A stretch of DNA of 41,470 nt, taken from IMG/VR virus record IMGVR_UViG_2690316195_000001, positions 1-41,470 of that record, one strand, 5' to 3'. The translations under genes were made by a program, and so were the position numbers. The DNA comes from a virus. Taxonomy: Duplodnaviria > Heunggongvirae > Uroviricota > Caudoviricetes. A model generated the notes under the pieces. That model saw only the letters and a list, made by a program, of their open reading frames with translations, made no database searches and was not told where the DNA came from. Positions 35,690 to 41,470 of the stretch are shown one piece after another. Within the stretch, counting starts at the first letter, position 1; the number at the start of each line of letters is the position of its first letter.

Positions 35690-37582
35690 ATGTCAGATAT
35701 CACCGCAAATGTTGTGGTAAGCATGCCTTCGCAACTCTTCACTATGGCTCGTTCTTTTAAAGCCGTAGCCAATGGCAAAATTTATATCGGTAAAATTGAC
35801 ACTGACCCGGTAAATCCTGAAAACCAGATTCAGGTTTATGTGGAGAACGAAGACGGTTCTCACGTTCCTGTTTCGCAACCAATCATCATTAACACTGCTG
35901 GATATCCGGTATATAACGGACAGATTGCCAAGTTCGTAACTGTGCAAGGCCATTCTATGGCTGTTTATGATGCATATGGTGCGCAGCAGTTCTATTTTCC
36001 TAATGTGCTGAAGTATGACCCCGATCAGGCATTGCCAGCTTTCATAAGTAAATTGGCAGCAGTTGATGGTGAATCTTATATTGTTGGGGCGACTTATGAA
36101 CAAATAAGGACATCTAATGTTTCTGGAACGCAAATAAAATGCGTAGGAAGAGAACATAATAAGGATGGAGGGGAAGGATGGTTCTTCCTTGACTCAGATG
36201 ATACAACGACTGAAGATGATGATGGAACAGTATTAATTGATGCAGTCGGCCGTCGCTGGAAGCGTTCATATAATGGCGCAAAAATGGCTTCATGGTTTGG
36301 CGTGAAATCTGGAACAGAGGTTTCACCTGCTATTCAAAATATGCTTAATACTGGTACTGGAGGTATAGAAATTAAGGATGGGCAATACAATTCTACCACA
36401 AAAGTTACAGTAAACCACTCTGGATCAAATTTTCCTGTAATGGGAAGAAAAAGTAAGAGGTTTGACTTTACTGGCGAGTCAATGGTGAATACTGCATTTA
36501 ACACCAATGGCAATGATTTCCTTGAGTATATAGGTAATTCAGAAGGGGACGGGCAGGGTGTGCATAGCGGTATGAAGTTATCTAATTTCACTGTTTATGG
36601 TACTGGTAACTCTGGAGTTGGATTACGGTTAAGCAATGCTGCATACCTAAAAGTTGAGGATGTGTATCTCGTAAGAAATAATTCAGGCTTGGTAATAACA
36701 GGAGTTCTTACCAGTGAATTTAACAGAATTAACTCTCAATATAATAACTACGGTATGTACATCAACGGAGGAACAAACAGCACAGTTAACGCACTAAAAA
36801 TAAATGGTGTTTTTAGTGGTAACTCAAAATTTGGAATTGAAGGAGATATAGGCACAAGGATAAATCTAAACAACTGCAATTTTGAGGGTAATGGAACTCA
36901 GGGAGATACTGGTACAGGAGGTGTTTACCTAAGAGCTAAAGAACCAATGTCTGTGATAAATATATCTGATTGCTATTTTGAAGCAAATCAAGGAATATCA
37001 GACATTCAGGTTAATAACATGACATCTTCACCTCTTATAGTAAATATCAATTCATGCACATTTATAAGGGGGAATTCATCAGGCGGTTATTGTACATATG
37101 TGATTAGAGCGTTAAGCACTGGTGGTGGGCGTGTCATTGTTAACCTTAATGGGTGTCATTTTTTTACTCAAACAGCTTTTGGATACATACCTAGCGCTTC
37201 GAGACCATTTATCTCAGGAGGTACTTATATGACTTTAAATGGAATGGATACCTGTCATTTTAGTGAGGACATAAGCAAGTCTATATCTACGGTAAGCACT
37301 TCATCGGTGATTTCTGGAAGTGTAACATCGGCAGGTGTTGCGTATGCACCATCTTATTTAACAATAGCAAAACAATCCACAGGGGTATATTCAATTGATA
37401 GCACTTTCTCATATGGACCAACAGTAAATGACTTTCAGGTAGTAGCAAGTACTAAAACTAACGGGTTTAAGGTGCTATATGCAGGCAAGCCAAGCACAAC
37501 AGCCATCAGGATCGTGACCACTGATAACTCTGGCAACTTGGCTGATGCAGATTTTGACTTTATGATAACAAGAGTTAGATAA
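35690..37582 (+). CDS. Tailspike with P22-type head-binding domain and divergent beta-helix receptor-binding domain
   Basis: N-terminal about 125 aa ([43 protein letters not shown]...VLKYDPDQ) match the P22 gp9 head-binding domain; remainder is a repetitive, AT-rich beta-helix-like region. Confidence 0.9.
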   Translation: MSDITANVVVSMPSQLFTMARSFKAVANGKIYIGKIDTDPVNPENQIQVYVENEDGSHVPVSQPIIINTAGYPVYNGQIAKFVTVQGHSMAVYDAYGAQQFYFPNVLKYDPDQALPAFISKLAAVDGESYIVGATYEQIRTSNVSGTQIKCVGREHNKDGGEGWFFLDSDDTTTEDDDGTVLIDAVGRRWKRSYNGAKMASWFGVKSGTEVSPAIQNMLNTGTGGIEIKDGQYNSTTKVTVNHSGSNFPVMGRKSKRFDFTGESMVNTAFNTNGNDFLEYIGNSEGDGQGVHSGMKLSNFTVYGTGNSGVGLRLSNAAYLKVEDVYLVRNNSGLVITGVLTSEFNRINSQYNNYGMYINGGTNSTVNALKINGVFSGNSKFGIEGDIGTRINLNNCNFEGNGTQGDTGTGGVYLRAKEPMSVINISDCYFEANQGISDIQVNNMTSSPLIVNINSCTFIRGNSSGGYCTYVIRALSTGGGRVIVNLNGCHFFTQTAFGYIPSASRPFISGGTYMTLNGMDTCHFSEDISKSISTVSTSSVISGSVTSAGVAYAPSYLTIAKQSTGVYSIDSTFSYGPTVNDFQVVASTKTNGFKVLYAGKPSTTAIRIVTTDNSGNLADADFDFMITRVR

Positions 37583-37586
37583 AATT

Positions 37587-37619
37587 AAGGGCGAATACCG
37601 CCCTTAGCTTATTTTTTTA
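37587..37619. terminator. Bidirectional rho-independent terminator between convergent tailspike and gtrC
   Basis: Stem AAGGGCG/CGCCCTT, loop AATAC, with A-rich 5' flank and T-rich 3' flank. Confidence 0.6.
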
Positions 37620-38880
37620 TTATATCTAAATACCATCCTGAGTGTGGTAGTGTGTGCATTTTCACGCGGCTCCCTGGCTCTGCTGTCTCATATTTGTATG
37701 CCTCTTGCACCCATCCATTGTTAGGTCTTTTTTCAATTTTAAAGCTAACAATTCCAGATAGAATTACTGAGCAAGCCACTATGCAAAATGCTAATTTCTT
37801 TACATGCCCATGAAGCATATTAGTGAATGCTAGAAGTATCGACACCCAAAATATGGCCGGTATGACAAAATACCTTTGTCCTGGTCCTATTTGTAAGAGA
37901 GGCCATTGAGGCTGGTCTCTTGCAATGACTGGTCTGGCAAGGGCAAATCCCAACATAAGATAAGGAAAAATCACTAATGCTTTTTCTTTCCAGTTCCCTT
38001 TTAATAGCACGTATGCACTAATTGATAGGCCACATAAAGAAACAAAGTAATTTAAAGCATGCAGATCCCACACCTTTCTTGATAAGCTCTCGCTAAGAAA
38101 TGAGCCAAGGAATACTCTGGAGGATAGTATATCCATCAAAATACCTACACCTGCACCAAGTGGCGCGGTCGGTCGAGAGCCTTTAGAAGAGAGAAGTATG
38201 GCGGCTATCTGAATTAAACACACTATTGCGAAAGTTATGTAGAATAAGTTTAAGTTTCTGAATGCATTTTTTACTGCATTGATAGGAGTTTTTAGAATAT
38301 CTCCGTTTGTAATTCTTAGTAAGGCAACAGGAGCTAAAAAAACAATGAATGGCCCACTTAGGCCAGCCACAACCATCACCAAAAAGTCGTGTGCTTTCCA
38401 ATATAATCCATCAGTTCTATCTGCTACCAGCACCAAGAATAGCCATATTGCCATATACCAATGAGTGTTGGTTACGTTGGCATGCACCTCTTCAAGGTGT
38501 GGCATAGTTAAAATGAAGATTGAAATTAATATTCTTGGATATATAGAAACGCTTTTGAATCTATTAGATAGTATGAAGGTTATTATTACGCATCTTATCG
38601 ATAATGCAATAACAGTGAAAATAAAAGGTGATAGATATAATGGGAACAGCATGGAGAATGTCGCAACAAGTTTTGAAATTGTCTGATAGTAACCATCCTG
38701 TACTAAAATTATAGATTTCAGAGGGCCCAATGCATAAGCCTGACCAAGCCATACCCGTCCATCCTCTGCCCATAGTTGAGGGTGTGAAATAATATCAGGA
38801 CGACGCATGCAGAATATGATGAAACATATAACAAATATAATCAAAAACAAAAATATTCTGTTTGTGTTTATGCTATTCAT
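37609..38880 (-). CDS. gtrC: GtrC-like serotype-specific O-antigen glucosyltransferase (polytopic membrane protein)
   Basis: 423 aa, about 10 TM segments, AT-rich; ATGA overlap with gtrB; third gene of a gtrABC-type operon. Confidence 0.65.
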   Translation of the reverse strand: MNSINTNRIFLFLIIFVICFIIFCMRRPDIISHPQLWAEDGRVWLGQAYALGPLKSIILVQDGYYQTISKLVATFSMLFPLYLSPFIFTVIALSIRCVIITFILSNRFKSVSIYPRILISIFILTMPHLEEVHANVTNTHWYMAIWLFLVLVADRTDGLYWKAHDFLVMVVAGLSGPFIVFLAPVALLRITNGDILKTPINAVKNAFRNLNLFYITFAIVCLIQIAAILLSSKGSRPTAPLGAGVGILMDILSSRVFLGSFLSESLSRKVWDLHALNYFVSLCGLSISAYVLLKGNWKEKALVIFPYLMLGFALARPVIARDQPQWPLLQIGPGQRYFVIPAIFWVSILLAFTNMLHGHVKKLAFCIVACSVILSGIVSFKIEKRPNNGWVQEAYKYETAEPGSRVKMHTLPHSGWYLDIIKK

Positions 38881-39800
38881 GATTGTTCCTTTTTCTTTAA
38901 AATATATCGTGGTCTGCATTTTACTTCCACATAAATTCTTCCTATATATTCACCAAGTACACCGATACCGATAAGTTGAATACCTCCAAGGAAAAGAATG
39001 GAGACCAATAACGATGGATATCCACGAACAGCATTGCCGAATACAAGCGTGTCAAAAATCATCCATGCACCATAAAGAAAAGCAATTCCAGCAACGAACA
39101 ATCCGATATAAGTCCACATGCGCAGCGGGAATGTTGAGAAACTGGTTATCCCCTCAAGGGCAAGGTTCCACAGTTTCCATCCGTTAAATTTAGTGCTGCC
39201 TGCGACTCGTTCTGCTCGTGCATATTCAACGACATCGGTGCGTCCGCCAACCCAGCTCAGCACGCCCTTCATAAACAGGTTGCGCTCTGGCATGAGCTTA
39301 ATGTTTTCCACCACCTCGCGAGACATCAAGCGGAAATCACCAACGTTTTCCTCGATCTGCGGGTTGCTAATTTTGTTATGCAGCTTATAGAACCACTCGG
39401 CGGTTTTCCTCTTCAGTCTGCCATCCGTTGATCGGTCAGATCGTTTAGCAAGCACCATATCGGCACCTGCTTGCCACTTTTCAATCAGATGAGGAATAAC
39501 CTCAATCGGGTCTTGCAGGTCAACATCAATAGGAATAACAGCATCGCCTGTTGCATGGTCTAACCCTGCGAATAATGCTGGTTCTTTACCAAAGTTTCGT
39601 GTAAATGACAGCGGAACAACTAGAGGATCTGAAACAGCCAGAGCATTAATAATTGACTCCGTAGCGTCTTTGCTGCCGTCATTTATGAAAACAATTTCCA
39701 CTTCGTATGGCTTCAACTCTTCGAATTCACGTACCGTTTTATAAAAAATTGGTATTGCTTCTTCTTCATTGAAGACAGGAACTACAAGAGATATCTTCAT
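38877..39800 (-). CDS. gtrB: GtrB bactoprenol glucosyltransferase (GT2 family)
   Basis: 307 aa; GT2 motifs ([19 protein letters not shown]-x-D region) plus two C-terminal TM helices. Confidence 0.9.
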   Translation of the reverse strand: MKISLVVPVFNEEEAIPIFYKTVREFEELKPYEVEIVFINDGSKDATESIINALAVSDPLVVPLSFTRNFGKEPALFAGLDHATGDAVIPIDVDLQDPIEVIPHLIEKWQAGADMVLAKRSDRSTDGRLKRKTAEWFYKLHNKISNPQIEENVGDFRLMSREVVENIKLMPERNLFMKGVLSWVGGRTDVVEYARAERVAGSTKFNGWKLWNLALEGITSFSTFPLRMWTYIGLFVAGIAFLYGAWMIFDTLVFGNAVRGYPSLLVSILFLGGIQLIGIGVLGEYIGRIYVEVKCRPRYILKKKEQS

Positions 39801-40159
39801 TTCGCATCCCTAAAGACAATGAACTTTGAATAGACGAAACCGCACACAAGACTGATGGCTGAGAAGGTGATGAGAGTGACAATTGGAGGAAGTGAACATC
39901 TATCAGCAGCCCATCCAACAGTTGCACTCAGTGTTCCCATGAACCCGACATATAACATGTAGCGCATCGTTGTAGTTGATGCTTTGAATGTGAATTTTGC
40001 ATTCGCGAAGAAGCTAAAACTCACAGCCACAACAAAACCTGCGAAGTTTGCAAGAGCTTGGTTTGTATGCGCGACATAGATACATACACCAAAAACCACC
40101 CAGTGTATAAGTGTGTTCAGCACACCAATCGAGGTGTACTTTGCAAATAGCTTTAACAT
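39797..40159 (-). CDS. gtrA: GtrA flippase (GtrA/DPMS2-family small membrane protein)
   Basis: 120 aa with four TM segments; ATGA overlap with gtrB. Confidence 0.85.
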   Translation of the reverse strand: MLKLFAKYTSIGVLNTLIHWVVFGVCIYVAHTNQALANFAGFVVAVSFSFFANAKFTFKASTTTMRYMLYVGFMGTLSATVGWAADRCSLPPIVTLITFSAISLVCGFVYSKFIVFRDAK

Positions 40160-40312
40160 TTCTTCTATCAGCTAATAATCAAAGGCATGAAGTCTATCAT
40201 CCAAGTCTCAATCGATCGATGACTTGCTGTGGTTGATGAGACAAAACTGATGCACACAAAGCTTTGCACTGGATTGCTAGACTTTGCGCTCTTCGATAGT
40301 GGTTAAGGTGGA

Positions 40313-41470
40313 TCACTCCACCTTTTCATCAAGCCAGTCCGCCCACCATTGCATCATTTCCCTGCGTTTATCGAGATACTGCGCATGGTTGTAAATCCCG
40401 CGCACAGAACCGCCGTTGGCATGTGCCAGTTGCACTTCAATAGCATCAGCAGGCCATTCGTGCTCGTTCATAATCGTGCTGAATTCATGCCTGAATCCGT
40501 GACCGCTTTCCAGACCCTCATAGCCGATTTGTTTGATCACAAGCAATACCGCGTTCTCGCAGATTGGCTTTTTCTTATCGTTGCGGCCGGCAAAAACAAA
40601 CTCTGATACTGGTTTGGTGATAGAGCTTAGCGTAGTGAGAAGTTCAACCACCTGGTCTGACATAGGAACCACATGAATTTTGCGTCCCTTCATCACACTG
40701 GCGTTGATAGTGATAATCCTGTTTTCAAAATCGACGTTATTCCATAGCATAGAACGAAGCTCTTTCGTTCTTAGGGCTGTATAGCGTAAAACCTTGGTGG
40801 CAATGAGCGATACGATACTTCCTGAAAATGTTGCAAGTGCTTTGTTGAATGCCGGGATCTGGTCGGCAGGTAAAAATGGGAAGTTCTTCTTGCGGTATCC
40901 CTTCATGGCGTCAGCAAGGTCAGGTGCCGGGTTATATTTAGCCCTACCAGTGACAATAGCGTAACGGAAAACCTCGCCGCATCTTCTGCGGGCTTTGTTG
41001 GCTCGCTCCATTGCACCGCGATCTTCAAATCTGCGGATTACTTCCAGCAGTTGCATCGGCTCAATATCCTGAATTTCAAGGCCGCCGATGATAGGTAAAA
41101 TGTCGTCATCAAACATTTTTGCAAGTTCAGTCGCATACCCTACTGACCAGACTTGCTTCTTGTGCTCGTACCATTCCTTGTAAATCGCACTAAAGGAATT
41201 GTTGTTAGACGAAGCCTTTTTCGCCTTTACCGGATCGATGCCAACCGAGATGTCTTTCCTCGCAGTCCATGCCTTATCCCTTGCCTCCTGCAAAGTCATT
41301 AGCGGATATTTTCCTACGGTCAGGATTTTCTCCTTACCGTCAATCTTGTAGCGAAGCTGCCATACCTTTTTCCCTGACACAGGGACATAAAGGTACAGGC
41401 CATTACCATCGAGAAGGCGGTATGGTTTTTCTTTCGGCTTTGCTGCTTCAATCTGCTTAACGGTGAGCAT
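40313..41470 (-). CDS. int: Tyrosine integrase, P4/CP4-57 type
   Basis: 385 aa; N-terminal arm-binding DUF4102-like region (KPYRLLDGNGLYLYV...WQLRYK) and C-terminal catalytic domain (R...HGFRHEF...Y); start codon is the last codon of the window. Confidence 0.9.
   Translation of the reverse strand: MLTVKQIEAAKPKEKPYRLLDGNGLYLYVPVSGKKVWQLRYKIDGKEKILTVGKYPLMTLQEARDKAWTARKDISVGIDPVKAKKASSNNNSFSAIYKEWYEHKKQVWSVGYATELAKMFDDDILPIIGGLEIQDIEPMQLLEVIRRFEDRGAMERANKARRRCGEVFRYAIVTGRAKYNPAPDLADAMKGYRKKNFPFLPADQIPAFNKALATFSGSIVSLIATKVLRYTALRTKELRSMLWNNVDFENRIITINASVMKGRKIHVVPMSDQVVELLTTLSSITKPVSEFVFAGRNDKKKPICENAVLLVIKQIGYEGLESGHGFRHEFSTIMNEHEWPADAIEVQLAHANGGSVRGIYNHAQYLDKRREMMQWWADWLDEKVE

Larger units (their letters stand above)
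1690..41470. mobile_element. Lambdoid P22/Sf6-like prophage, apparently complete; right end (reconstituted tRNA/attL) lies beyond the window
   Basis: Contiguous phage gene set from excisionase to integrase with full immunity, replication, lysis, packaging, head, tail and conversion modules; att-core-like tRNA 3' fragment at 1690-1704; integrase start codon at 41468-41470. Confidence 0.85.

Noticed and set aside
36114-38773. Several short ORFs inside or antisense to the tailspike and gtrC (36114..36326, 36334..36591, 38183..38401, 38279..38464, 38465..38686, 38564..38773)
   Set aside because: AT-rich sequence generates spurious frames; all overlap the better-supported tailspike or GtrC coding sequences.

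Overview
The window holds a host sucrose-permease gene (cscB-like, 1-1248) followed by an essentially complete lambdoid prophage of about 39.8 kb with P22/Sf6-type podovirus morphogenesis genes. The prophage runs from an att core at about 1690-1704 (15 nt matching the 3' end of tRNA-Arg argW as I recall it) to a P4-type integrase whose start codon is the last codon of the window, so the reconstituted tRNA should lie just beyond 41470. Left to right: a TorI/AlpA-type excisionase; a leftward early operon (Ea22-like, DUF551-like, SSB-like, Erf, cIII, an AT-rich three-gene island, N/gp24-like antiterminator); a lambda-type immunity region (cI, Cro, cII) with operators of consensus GAATAC-N5-GTATTC, nutL/nutR and an oop-like terminator; replication genes (O-like initiator with internal iterons, DnaB-type helicase); a nin region (NinB, Dam-like methyltransferase, NinE, NinF, Rha/Ant, DUF1364, RusA, NinH); Q with pR'; a phage-21-type lysis cassette (holin, SAR endolysin, Rz/Rz1); Sf6/P22-type packaging and virion genes through the tailspike; a reverse-strand lipoprotein plus orphan Mnt repressor; a gtrCBA O-antigen glucosylation operon; and the integrase. 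The best candidates for undescribed function are the AT-rich island between N and cIII, the small membrane protein co-transcribed with cI, and the lipoprotein/Mnt module; none has a function I can assign from sequence. All calls rest on reading the sequence and the ORF track plus recalled protein families; no database search was run. Motif coordinates were counted by eye and may be off by 1-2 nt.
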